Of a stretch of 40,912 bases of DNA, positions 1-12,640 are shown piece by piece. The stretch comes from Trypethelium eluteriae (Eukaryota), in assembly GCA_051942245.1 (NCBI GenBank), contig JAVECL010000165.1, positions 1 through 40,912 of the forward strand, in the 5' to 3' direction. A model generated the notes under the pieces. That model was not told where the DNA came from. It made no database searches and saw only the letters and a program-made list of their open reading frames with translations. Positions within the stretch are counted from its first letter, which is position 1. Every line of letters starts with the position of its first letter. A program made the position numbers and the translations under genes.

Positions 1-200
1 ATGCAGGATTTTGCCCGAGCGGCGGGCCTGCAGCGGACGGGGGGAGTCGCCTCGGCCGGGGATTGCGCAATACCTTAGTTGGCAGCAGAGGGTGGAGGGA
101 GAGGAACGGCGGGAAGGCGCGATGCGTATGCGACGCCAACCCTGCGGCCGATGTCGTACACAACGCTGGTACCAGCAATGGAAGATCGCGACGCGGCAGT

Positions 201-234
201 GGGCGGTGGGCGGTGGGCGGTGGTCGGTGGTGGG
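201..234 (+). repeat. Short GGGCGGT 7-mer tandem repeat (about 4 degenerate copies), G-quadruplex-capable
   Basis: gggcggt gggcggt gggcggt ggtcggt ggtggg; GGG runs start at 201, 208, 215 and 232. Confidence 0.7.
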
Positions 235-2736
235 TTTGCAGAGGAGCGGGCCAAGGTATCAGGGGAGCGGTGGGTAACGAAGTCAGACAGAGTAAGGTAA
301 GTACATAAGCTCACCACCAGCAGGCGCGGCACCAACCCTGCAGTACCGAGTACGGGCGCAGTTACGGCGCTCGCACGGGATGTCTACGGCGCAACTTGGG
401 GCTGGGAAGGCGCGGTGGGGCGAAAGCAATGATGAGCGCGGGCTGAGACGCGGTGCCGAAGAAGCAGTGCAAGTTCTAGAAGCATATGAGGAGAGACCAG
501 GTGCGCAGCCCTTGGTGCCTTGAAGTTGTCTGACCAAAGATAAGAGTGGTATGGTACCTGCCTTACCTACCTAGGTAAGTAGGCACGGTAGGTATAGGTA
601 CTTGGGTACCCGGGGCGCTCCCGAGAGGTTGGCGGCAAGCAATCGTCGCATGACCTCATTAGGTAGCCACTGAAGAGCTGGGCTGGCTGCTTGCCTGATC
701 TGCAGCAAAACACCATCTCACTCCTCGAACATCCCAGCGCATAAGGTATCTTGGAAAATGCTACCACCATAGGTGCCAACTTCACCGTTGATGTTGCTCC
801 TGCGCTCCCATATGGGAGCTTTTTCAGAAGGAATACCTCTACTCGGCGAGTGCGCAACCCCCGACAACATTTCCTTTTTCCCGAACTACAATACCACAAC
901 TGGGATCCTCAAGCTTGATTTTGCTTTTACACGCCACGCTATGTCTCGAACAATCTAATTTGTACTCTTGAGAATTCTGATCGGATTGGACGTTTGCTCT
1001 TCCTTCGACATGACTGCATCAATCAGCTCATGCCGTCGAATGCTGCGGCGCATCTACGTTGTCATTCATGAGATGGTCTACGTTGGTTTGCGAACTTATT
1101 CTGTGAATGCCCCATGTGCAGAGTCGTATGAATTTTGACTTCACGGTCTACTGAGGGAGTGTTTTCGTCGTCTTAGGCAGATTGTGGGTCGTGTGCCCTC
1201 ACGCGTATGGTTTAGACTCATCTTCATGGGCATCGAAACTGGAAAGCGTTCTCGCGTCAGTTGATATGAAATTCCCTTCTTTATTCCAGAGCTGGCCGAA
1301 AATGGACTGAGGACGATACCCCACTGACAGCTTCCTGCACTGCAGGATCCATCTCGCCTGCGAACGCCGTGGGCGTATGGATGTAATGCGGGGCGGAGCC
1401 ATACGTTCATCTCCCAGTCGGAACGTCTGCATCTCAATAAAAATTTGTGCAAAGGGCCGGGCCCACCACGTGTAACGCATCACCAAGCATCTACAGTACA
1501 TACTCCGTACACCGATAGCATTGCAGCCTGAGCGGCACGACATCCCATGATACCTCACCACTTGCTTAATTCCGAAAGACACGCAAGACTAGAGTCTCGG
1601 TACTCGCTAAGATCCCTGGGACTCGTGGTGAAAGCGCTTGATCCTTGGGAGTCGATGTGTAGAGGCGAGATGGGCAGATTGATATCAAACTCCGAGCTCA
1701 GAGGGGTTAGAATATCGAATAGATTCTCATTCTAGCTTGTCCCAAGGGGGAAGCCGGCGGCCTATGGGTAGCCTTAGCTGCGACGATGGTACAGGCTGCC
1801 GCGAGGGGAAACGCGCGAGCCCTTGCATCCTGCCGCACGCCACCTGCTAGCAGCGAAACAGTCTGTTGCGCCGTTCAGCCACAGATCTATATTCGGTCTC
1901 ACCCTGGCCAGCGTCCAAAAACTCTCCCGCGACTCCCGCCTAGCATGAAGACAACATTGTGCGCGTGGCGCACCTCGATATCGCCCTTCCTTGTCCATGC
2001 AGCCTTTCCATTTCACCCAGACGGCGGCACTCCTCAAATAGGCACCAGTCGGACAGGCATCTGCCGTGCTGATGTCAAGGCTATGCCACTTGGAGTGCTG
2101 CAGTGCTGACCTCTGCCTCTTCCCGTGCCTTCTTGCGCTGGCTAGGTACTTCTGTCCGTGTATCTCTAAGAGTCTGGGCAAACACAACCAGGTCGGCGCT
2201 ATGAGATAGGGTTGGATACGGGGCCCGCCATGGTCACTAGAAACCGCTTCCGGATGCGTGCACTTGTTGGAGGATCATCAAACCCGTCTCCTCCTTAGTT
2301 AAGATAATCTTGTTTCCCTTTTCTCGAAACTTAACTCATCCATTCCACTCGTTATTCTTATCTGTACACTCCCATTCGTAGAACCTTTCGATGATCTTCA
2401 ACGTCCAAAGTTTCCATCGTCATCTCCTGTCTGAAATCTATCGTGTCTTACATCTAGCGGCACTCGGGGATCTACCCGGATGAGCTCAACTGCCAAGTTT
2501 TCGACTTCAGCTACATGAACCACGGAGCTGCTCGTATCTTCGACACGTTATCCTGAAGAAATTCCCGGCTCTCTAAGCAGAGACTTTGTCACTGAGAATA
2601 TACTGAATAGCTGTCGAACCGAGTGCACGAAAAGCAAAGCAGGATCACCTCGCGCGGGGTCAATTTGCCTCCTCATTATTACGCGGCAACATTGGCAGGC
2701 AGCAGAAACCCTCCCGTTTCGTTACGGCCCGACGAC

Positions 2737-3642
2737 ATGTCCATTTTTTCTAAGAAGAAGAAGGCAGCAGAGCTGGAAAAGAAGACGCAAGCAGAGTCGA
2801 ACAAACCCAAACCAGCGCCGTACTTTCATATGCCGACCCATGCCGCCAGAGATTTCCTCTGCAGTACTCCATCATCCTTTACCGGCCAGCATAAGGCTCA
2901 AATCATCGAGCAACACAACAGGAGAAGTCTCATGAACAGGAGTACCACTGATGCAGCCGGGAGAGCGCCATTATCAGGCACCTCCACACCAATCCGACGT
3001 AGCTCAAGTCAAATATCATCCTCCTCTTCGATGATGGCTGATTATCCTCCTGTTGTTACGGTTCATCGGACACGGCCAAACCCCTTCCTACCGGCTTCTG
3101 CACAGCAGAGCTTCACCAATGTCGATGATGTACCGCCGATGCCCACGATACCACATAGATACTCTTCGCCAGTGATCCCCAAAGCTGAAAACAAGGTCGT
3201 GCCATCACAACGCCCCTTCTCAACCTCCCAGAAGCCAACTTACGTTCGGAGCCCACTCTCAACAAGTAGTAAGTCTTAAGCACTACCCCTATACCCAATT
3301 TGCACTCAACAACGAGCAGATAATTCCCCAATAGAAAGTGAAGACGCCTCCACAGCCTCCAGCACGCATTCTAGTATTGCATCCCAGCCCCCACAACTCG
3401 AATTGAGAAGAACTTGGGACAATGGGCAGGTAACTTCTCGGACATACTCCAAACCTCCGATCCATCGAATCTCCGAAACTCCCCCGTCACTTCCGCCTTT
3501 GTCTATTTCAGAAATGCCTCAACACTTAGAAGGTTTGCAATCAGGCACACTCGGTCAGGGATCAACGGAGGGGAAGCGGGAGAAGAAAAGAAAGAGTTTG
3601 TTCGGTCTGGGAGGGAGAAGATCTGCGGTTGCGGCGATTTGA
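2737..3642 (+). CDS. Hypothetical Ser/Pro-rich protein (about 284 aa), 2 exons
   Basis: ATG at 2737 (MSIFSKKKK...YFHMPTHAARD). Intron 3269-3319 (GTAAGT...CAG) joins ORF 2623-3279 in frame to ORF 3403-3642, which ends KRKSLFGLGGRRSAVAAI*. Confidence 0.75.
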
Positions 3643-4712
3643 ATAAAAGGCGCCAACGGAGCGAACAGACCTGTTTGCGACTAGCAGACACGCTTTACAG
3701 TCCGAGGTTCATTCTTCCGTGCCGACGGATAAGGTCATGCACCTCACGCTTGCAGGATTAATGTGCAGGGTGCTGCGCTTCTTCTCCCACCTATGATCAG
3801 CTAATTCACTAGATTTTCTTTCTTACGAATCGACGGCCGCACATGTATAGAGGGTTTCAGGTTCAGTGTATCAAGGGCGGAAACTTGATTATGTTTTCTC
3901 TGATTTCCTCCCACTGGATGGGAAGTTCTGGCGCTGCCACAGTACAATCGGCATTGATCTAAAGCTGGCTCGTCTTGCTGTAACTACATTGGATATGAGG
4001 ATCCTTATTTTCTCCCATTTCTGAGTACAGCTGGAATTCCTAACCATAGTTGTGATACCCAGGCATGTAAGACCCAGGTCGACCAGCACGCTACGGTTGC
4101 CTTTGAAGAGAAAAGCAGCCGCCTCGATACACCATGATACCGATCTTCCTCTACTTATCTATAGCAAGACAACGAAAGAACGCTGCGACGGCGGATTCGT
4201 TAGCATGGCAGTCTGCAGGCCAGACTTTATCGCGTTCGGACGACTGGCTAGAGTAGGGCTCGATAAGCCAACCAGACGAAGACTTTTCGGCGCTTTCCCC
4301 GCTACCGGACCACCACCCCACCACCCCGTCGTCCTTCTGCACTTGGATGACTCGGTAGAGCTGCCAGAATTTTTCACTGCCCTTTATTGGACCAAAAGTC
4401 AATTCGCCATCCATCAAGGCTTGGATCGACACAGGGCTGGGCCTGGACGCAGCGGCGGCCCAGAAAAAGTTATCTGGAAAACCCGTGCGACGAGCTATTT
4501 GGACTCGGCGGATGCCCCTTCCTTTCTTCACTCTGTCTACTCCACCTCACAGTGAGCGACTTTGGGAGTTTTGCGCTCACCTCCGGCAGACAAAGCTCCC
4601 TCATCCTTTATCTGTCCCAAACATAAAGTGCGGTGGTTTCGCGTAACGTCACTCCTTCCACTTCCCACTCGTCCCGTGACTCTTCGTAAGTGATACACTG
4701 CGGAAGAGCAGA

Positions 4713-6086
4713 ATGGCGTCCACGAAAGTTTCCGAGATCCAGGAATCCTACTCCGATGTTACGCATGTGATCCCTAAAGGCGCCGAGCACAATGTCGCCT
4801 CGTCATCTGGTCATTGTACCGACGATGATGTACAAGAGCATGGAAGGCCGGAGTTTATCGCACTAGGCTTGCACCCTGGCGCGGAGGCTGCCGTCAGTGG
4901 CGGGGGCATGAAGCAAGGATTTTGGAATCGCGAATGGTTTGCCTACGTGAAGACGAAGGAATTTTGGATTGTACTTGTCCTTGGGTAAGCATCGATGACT
5001 CCCTTCTTTACTTCTGTTCCCATCTCTGTAATTTTGGTATTCTGTTTCCGTCGTGCAGTTCAGTAAGGTGATGGTGCGCTAAAGCCTTTCTAAATTAGAC
5101 AAGTCCTATCCATCACTCTCACGGGGGAGAATACCCTAAGCTCGTTGTTAGCCCAGGATGGAGCGTCGCTCCCAGCCTTTCAAACGTTCCTCAATTACGT
5201 CCTCATGAATCTTGTTTTCACACCATATACGATTCATCGACACGGCTTCAAAAAGTTCCTCGGTCTTCTCTTTCGCGATAGCTGGCGATATTTTATTCTG
5301 GCCTTTGTCGACGTCGAGGGAAATTACTTTACAGTCCTGGCCTACCGATATACGACAATCCTTTCAGCGCAATTGATCAATTTCTGGGCCATCGTTGTTG
5401 TTGTTGTGATATCTTTCCTACTCATGAAAGTCCGATACCGTCCTACTCAAATCCTCGGCATCCTCATCTGTGTTGGTGGCATGGGCCTCCTTATTGCAAG
5501 TGACCATATCACTGGCGCCAACGGTGGCTATGCTCCGGATCAACTTAAGGGCGATTTGTTTGCGCTACTTGGAGCTTCTTTCTACGGCCTGAGTAATGTT
5601 TACGATGAGTACTTAGTTTCCAAACGTCCGTTCTACGAGGTTATTGGACAGATGGGCTTCTGGGGGATGCTAATCAACGGCGTTCAATCCGCAATATTCG
5701 ACCGCTCCAGTTTCCGGAATGCGGTTTGGAACAACACGACGGGCGGGTATCTTGCTGGCTTTACACTTCTACTCTTTCTGTTCTACATTCTTGCTCCTTT
5801 GACCTTTCGTCTAAGTAGCGCTGCCTTTTTCAACATCTCTCTACTTACGGCCAATTTCTGGGGCCTTATAATTGGGTTGAAGCTTTTTGGATTGACGGTA
5901 CACTGGATGTATCCACTGGCGTTCTGCCTGATTATTGTGGGACTTGTTATTTATTTCCTCATGGAAGGCCGTATGGGCGAGGCCAAGAAGCCCTGGCTTG
6001 GAGAGGAACAAGAACAGGGTGTAGATGGTTTTGCTACTGCAAGAAGGAAAATCGAACAGTCGAGAGGCCGAAACACACAAGTATGA
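4713..6086 (+). CDS. SLC35F-family (DUF914) solute carrier, about 419 aa, multi-pass membrane protein
   Basis: Exons 4713-4984 and 5099-6086 (intron GTAAGC...TAG) give LVLGQVLSITLTG...PAFQTFLNYVL...DVEGNYFTVLAYRYTTILSAQLINFWAI...KGDLFALLGASFYGLSNV...SAAFFNISLLTANFW, typical of SLC35F1/F2-type proteins. Confidence 0.9.
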
Positions 6087-6813
6087 TTGACCTCACTAGA
6101 GAGGGTCATTTTGAATCCTACCGAAATTATACCCGTCACTTGGCAAAGGTTTTGAGCGGCGTCGGGTCTTGGTTTTGGTCTTCATTGTAGGTAGATGGTT
6201 GACAGGAAAGGACTAAATCGTACACTGATAACTACCTAATGCTCTGTCCTCGCTCCTCTCAACTTGAGTGAAGCATCCGCGCAAGCACTACTTGTTTGCC
6301 GACACTTGAATAATATAGTAAGGCATTTAACGACACGCAAGAACATCAGAAAGATGGATCACTAAATTGAAAGCCCGCAATAATTGAACCCGTTTCCTGC
6401 AGCCGCAATGCTCCGCCTTCTTTCCATTCGAAATGTCGATGTCACCAAAGAGAGGCAGTCGCATTCGTGGCCATGACAGAAGTTCTACTACTGACTACGA
6501 TTAGTATCGTACGCTAGGAGTCCCATGGACTTAGACGAGTTTCCACATCCACAATATTGATCGCTGAAGCTTCACCGATACTCTTTACATTCCAAAATTA
6601 TTCATCAATACTCTCTTAAAACTTCCATCACCTCTAAATGCTTTGAATGCCCTCAAACATTAGCTAAGGCTCCTCCGATGTCGTACCGAAGGCCGTAATG
6701 ATAAATGCCAAGCAAAAGCGCCAACCCGGAGATAGATTAGTCTCATTTCTTTCACAATTAATACATGCTGAATACTCTATTGATCATCGGAAACTATTGA
6801 AAGGATGCTTAGC

Positions 6814-8643
6814 TCATGCGGTAATAGCATGGCTTATACTCAATATGCCCATGCCCACGAAAGCAAACACCATGCATAGACTCCGATTATGCGATTTATC
6901 GAGTGCTTGGGCGAAGAGCTGCAACGCGACAGATGCCATAATACCCGCTAGAAACCATATAGTCAGCCTCACAATGGGGAGTGAGGGTCGTGCACAGGAA
7001 AGGAAGTCAAGAGATCAGCGGCAGGAAGGACCAAACGCACCTGTAACAGCAATCAACCCTCCCTGTACGCCCTGGCCGTCACGATCACTCTTCCCGTCAT
7101 TGTTTCCAATTCTTCCTGCGATCCCAAACCACAAAGCCGCGACACCTGCACCAAGCGGCTGGCTTGCGCCCCCAAGGACACTGCTCCAGCAAATAGCCTT
7201 CCATCGGCTGTGCAAAGCTAGGTAGAGAGGTAGAGCCATAGCGAAGCCTTCGGAAATATTATGTACGAAAAGAGAGAAGAAGACAGTGAAGCCAAGACGA
7301 GGAGAGGCGTGGTTGGCTGCATAGGTGATGAATCCTTCAGGAAGTTTATGCAGTGCAATGGCAAGCGTCGTTTGCAGGCTGAGGGTGAGATAAGGGTTTG
7401 TAGGGACATGGTGGTGATGCTGCGAGGCCGACGGATGAGATGGCTGAAAGGTGGAGTGGGCATGGTGGTGAGAGGAAGCCTCAGAACGTTCGGAAAGATG
7501 GGAATGATGAGAAGTTCTACGCAGAAGCGGTGAATTTTCATTTGGGCTGGTCCGAGGATGGCCATTTGAATGAGACTTTGGTGAACCGTTTACGAGCGGA
7601 GATGCAGGCAGGGGGTTAGGCTCGTTTATACGCTGCTCGGCAACAGGTGCAGATGACATCGGCTCCAGAATGCTCTCTTGACTTCGGATCAGAGGTTGAT
7701 ATTCCTCGACTGTGGGTATGGTAGTTTGGAGACCGGGAGGATGAGTCGTACTACGGCCTATACCTGGATGTCGAAGGGTGCTGGAGTTACTCCGTAGCCC
7801 ACCTTTGCGGAATACATTGTTGAAGCATTCTTGACCACATGGTTCTGAAAACCCGCGACAGGGTCCATCATCATCGCATCGGTCCTTTCCCGCCGAAAAG
7901 ACTTTCGACACTCCTCTGCTAAGTCGCATTTGAAGTGAAGGGCGGCGATGTAAGACTGTATCATCATGCCTCTCTGCCAAGAGTGATTTTGAGGCTGGAT
8001 CTTGAGTTCCACTAGCTTGGAAAGATGCATAGTTTGTGTTGCTCGAAGTTTGCATCTCGTCGCGGTCATGCTGATGGTGGTGTCCTTCGCGAGGGTGATT
8101 GTTTCCGTCATGCTTGTATTTGGTACCTTGCTCTAGGTTGTCATCGTCGTGGGAGTGATCGCAATCCACAATGTGCGACGGAAGCGCTCGGTGAAACAGA
8201 TAAGACACGATCTGAATGCCCGCCGCTCCTCCGAGAAAACATGCAATGAGGGTCCATGACGCTGGTTTTGGAGAGAGACCACCTTTCTCTAGAGATTCTC
8301 TTGCGGAGGGTAGCATGCTGTTGAGTGACGAGAAAAGCTGGATCGATCAGCGCTATTGCTGAATCCTGAAACGAGGCTGCATACCATTACACCAAAACTT
8401 AGACTCAAGGAAGAAGAAAGAAAGGAATTGTTTTCCTCTATCTTGAAGTTTCTCTTCCCCGGGATGAACCGAACAATCACATCAACACATATTATAAGAG
8501 ATCCGATGATGCAAGCTGTTTCTACTTAGCCTTCATTGTTGTCTTTCAACGCTTAGATGCATCATGAGGTGTGACAGTGGTTACGTACCGATGGCACTGA
8601 TGCAAGTCAAGATCCATCCCCGTGTGTCGTTGCTAAGAGCCAT
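6814..8643 (-). CDS. ZIP-family zinc transporter, Zrt3-like (vacuolar type), about 538 aa, 4 exons
   Basis: Exons 8643-8589, 8515-8385, 8337-7041 and 6947-6814, all with GT..AG introns in frame. Starts MALSNDTRGWILTCISAIACIIGS. Has SLSLSFGVMLFSSL, ZIP signature segments ALHKLPEG and VHNISEGFAMALPL, and a long His-rich loop. Confidence 0.9.
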
Positions 8644-9940
8644 GAGAATCACACATCAGCCCATACAAGTTTCTGTGATGGAACAGCAGCCTTTGAAATG
8701 TGTTTCGATTCAAGTACAAACTTAAGGACTGTAGGGTCTTGATACGAGAGAGATTGGCTTTTTATGAGGACCTTGACCTGAGGACTAAGATGGATGGGGC
8801 GGAAAATGCGACTCACGTGACTGTAATTTACGTTGAAGCGACCTCAACTGCAGGTGACTACCTAAACTCCATTGGTGCACCGAATGACAAGGAGAGATCG
8901 AAATGCTGCAAATCGAAGGCATACCATTGTGCCACTCTCTTTTACCAGGCGGCTGCTATGATAAGCGGGTAAAAGTGCTCACTGGATTCTTCAATGTGTC
9001 AATCTACTCTATCGTAAGGTATACAATGCGGCCACCCCCTGAAACCCAAATTGTTATCGTCACCTTTTGGTTTCAATCCTGTCCGGCATTGCATGTCCTT
9101 TCTAGCACTCACTGCCACGTCTTTTCGTTGCGCCTGGCATGTAATGCGCTTCTTGTCCACTGAAGTTTCTGACGACTGCATGTCTTGCGTCGCTTGGTGA
9201 GTCTTGTAGTCAACGTCGCTGGCACCAGGAGATCGGTTGGATGCCTGGTGAAGAAAGCCCGGTACCCTTCTCGCTGAATGTTGACATACCAATTGCTTGA
9301 GCTCTGCAAGATCCTCTTCTACTCAAAACTGGAGTTGAAGAAAGAAAGCCTCAAGCTTTGCCCATAGAGCGCTGAACATGGTTTGGTGATTTTTGATTCC
9401 GAAACGCTCATTGCCTTTCGTAGTTACTGGTCTTTGAATAACATCTTCTATGTAATAGAGGAGGTGGACCGATGGACACTCATGAAATTAACGTAAGTAA
9501 CGAGGCAGGCGCAACGATCTTCAGGGCGCATGGAGAAAGGGACCTGGCAGTGTTCGGATGCACGAATTAGCAGCGTCTTGCCAGCTATCGATAACATCCA
9601 ATCATCCATATTCTTATAGAAACACGAAGATGGAGGATTATGTAACAGCAAATATATTTTGCGGGTTCAATTTGGACTTTTGCGAGTGTGTGGGAACGAA
9701 TATACAACTTGAGGAATATCACGCGGAGATTCTCGAAGACCTTGGAGACAAAACTACTACTTGGGGTAGCGCTTGAGCGTAAAGACTGTCCGACGACTAT
9801 AAGCCTGATCACACTGGGCAGGCATATTAAGGTAGGTAGCATTGCCTACCGCTTCTGGTAAGTGCGTGCTCCACAGCAAGTGTTCAACTGAAGGTGGGTG
9901 GGTTCCTATTTCAGCAGCGTTATCATATTTACCTCTCACC

Positions 9941-9984
9941 TCACTTCATTTCCCGTTGCTTCACTTCATTTCCCGCTGCCTCAC
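9941..9984. repeat. 20-bp direct tandem repeat (about 2.2 copies) upstream of the gene starting at 10181
   Basis: tcacttcatttcccgttgct / tcacttcatttcccgctgcc / tcac. Confidence 0.75.
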
Positions 9985-10180
9985 ATTACGTTACGTTATG
10001 TCACTTCTGCTTGCTTCGGCTCGCTTCTTCTTGTTTCCTCCTGCTTTCGCCACACATACGCGAAATCGCACCTCTCCTCTCCACTCCACTTTTTCGCCTG
10101 CTGACCTTCTACGCCTGTTGATGTGGAGTCTCAGGATCTTCATTCCTATCTAAGATCTTGCGAACCAAACCACTATTAGT

Positions 10181-12640
10181 ATGGCTGCTTCTAGGAGTGG
10201 CTCTGCCAGCTTTGATCGTGGTCTTGGGAAAGATGACACTGCCACTGCGGAGTTCAATGCCATATTGGCAGCAGGTGGAAACGCCTTTGAAGAGGCGAAT
10301 CGTCGGAAGAATAGACAGAATGAACCATCATCGAGCGCTACCTCGGCTAATGAGGTATGAACAGTGCCACTGCCCTCATCGTTAATGGAATTCTGACTTT
10401 TCAAAGGGTGTCTCTGGGCCGCCCACCATATCGTCGAACCATCAATCAAATGACGCTGTGCTCCGTGACCTACGTTCGAGGATGGAGAGTCTAACACTCT
10501 ACGAATCCTCCATCAAACCAAAGCATCATAGCCGACCAAATGCTAAATATCCGGTTCCCGTAAGTAGCTATACCATCGACCCAACCTCAGTTCAAGAGGA
10601 ATTATCAGTCACTAAACGTGGTCTCGATAAGGATCCGAATGCGCCTCTCTCCTTCTCTGCCGCTACTTCTCAGCGCAATCCATCTTCATATCCGAAGTTT
10701 GGTACAGATACCTCCACCCTACTTTCATCGCCCCAGCCTTCTGCTCATGTGGATGAGACCGGTGCCAGCAAAAGTCCAGAGCGTACTGGTAACACAGGCT
10801 CAAAGAAATCACCATTTGGTGGTGACCTTATGGCTAGCAAATATGCATCGAAGTCTTACACTACCGAGCCCACTTCAAGACTCCAATCTACCGTGGGATT
10901 ACTTGAAGATCGCTCACGTGTGCCTTCTATGCCACAGGCTAAGAAGACACGTAACCCAGAAAGAAGTATTGGCTCTGACAACTCGCCAGTGCGGTCCAAC
11001 ACCCCTGACTCTGGAAAGTACCCTAAGAATTTACCAAAGTCTCATCGACTCGCTGACACGTCTGACCAAACGGGCAACCAAACTATGGGAAAAGACAGAT
11101 TGGAAGCGAACACGGCATTTGACCATAATTTGTTGAAGCAAGACACGATTCAATCCAGGATGACAGCGCATGGGCCTACTCTGAAAGCTCTCGCTGCATC
11201 TATGGCGAAACCTCAGATTTCAGAGCAGAATTTGACAGCGCCTTCGCGATCGGACGATGCACCCGGATCTTCCACTTTTAGGGACAATGACAATATGTTG
11301 GCTGACCTTGTCCCACTTCCAGGTGCCCACGGTGGGAAATTTGATCGTTTGTCTGAAGCAGAGCGTATTCAATTAGCTGCCAATCAACGCAACATCGGGG
11401 GTTCAGTAGAGGCAAGCCTTCAAGCTCAATCGGCATGGGTCGACCGCACTACCGATGGCCCATTTGCCAGTCGGGTCCGTGTTCACAACCCGAATGGGGC
11501 CAACGAAATTCGTCATAAGGCCATCCAAGATGTTCAGACGGAGGCGCATCAGGGCCATCCTAATTCGTCGACCACTCAACTTGGTCATTCAATTGGAATG
11601 GACGAGAACAAAGTCGGAGCATCAAAGCCAGATGGAGTGAAGGCAAACTTGCAAGGTCCCGATGTTTCTACGACGAATGCTGACAAGGAGAGGCGTATCG
11701 TCTATGGTAAAGTCCTGACGAAGTCCCTCCATGAGAAGTGGACCGAGCACAAGGAGCAGAAGCAGAATGAACTCAAGCATGAACAAATTGGGAAGATGGC
11801 AGAGCTTAACGCTGCTCTTTCAGCCGAGGGAGACCAAAACATGGAGTTGTTTGTTAAGGAGCAAACAGCGTCACTGAACAATAAGAAAACGGCCTTGATT
11901 GACGAAATGACACAGAAGCTGGCGGCCTTTCAGGAAGACCAAAAGGCAGCATTCGACAAGCAGTTGAATTCGTTGAAAATCGAATACTCTGGGATTCGTG
12001 AAGTACTCGCTGCCGATCATAAAGCCAAACAGGATGACTTCAGCAAAACCTTGGAAGAAGAGTACTCGTCGATGAAGAGTCGCCTCGAAGCTGGTATCAT
12101 GGCATATATTAATGAGCTCGGGTCAAAGGATGGCATGACGAAGATGGCCGAGCGACTGTTTCCTGGTGTCGAGCACGGTGATCCCGACGATGATGTCAAA
12201 GTGTAATTGCTGTTCCCCCCCGAACTACTGATGGTTGCTAATGCACAAGTACCCGTAGCATGAAACCCGTTTTCCCTCCTGCTTCATCCGGAAGCGTTCC
12301 CTCAAGCTTCAAGGTGTGTCCGCCTTCCAATATCTCCTCAACATTTGAGTCATCCGTGATGCCAAAGAATCCCGCTGTCCCCAGTTCCCATTCTCGCACT
12401 AATGGAAAGGCTCAGACCAATCTTCATGTTGGTACTCCTTCCATAAAGCGTGAGAAGCGCGAGGGGGACAGTCAGTTCTCTGGCATCTGGCTCTTCCGGA
12501 GCTTTGCTAATAATAGTACAGCAGCTATAGGAAAACGCAAGATGAAACAAAGCAATGAGATGATACGCTGCGTTAGAGTTGATGACGTCGACCATCATTG
12601 GACCATCCCTGCACTTACTGAGGTTGCGTCCAGTTCTTAA
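10181..12640 (+). CDS. Hypothetical protein (about 770-780 aa): long disordered N-terminus, coiled-coil region, and the start of an RRM-like domain truncated by TAA
   Basis: ATG 10181. Introns 10355-10406 (GTATGA..AAG) and 12203-12258 (GTAATT..TAG) join ORFs 10458-12206 and 12260-12640 in frame. A further in-frame intron 12471-12521 is possible. The K/E/Q-rich heptad-like segment EKWTEHKEQKQNELK...SRLEAG suggests a coiled coil. Confidence 0.75.

Noticed and set aside
1..2620. Many 60-137 aa ORFs on both strands
   Set aside because: No recognisable motifs, mutually overlapping, several with non-ATG starts. The region looks like intergenic or leader sequence, probably of a gene beyond the left edge.
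2592..2640. CTGAGA...ATACT resembling the start of a fungal TPP riboswitch
   Set aside because: The downstream conserved core (CTTGATC..GATAAT..C.GCG.A.G) is absent, and the adjacent gene is not thiamine-related.
4052..4626. 167-aa ORF and overlapping ORFs upstream of the SLC35F gene
   Set aside because: GTG start, no family features, and located in the expected promoter/5' UTR.
6698..7225. 175-aa plus-strand ORF
   Set aside because: Antisense shadow of the ZIP transporter exons.
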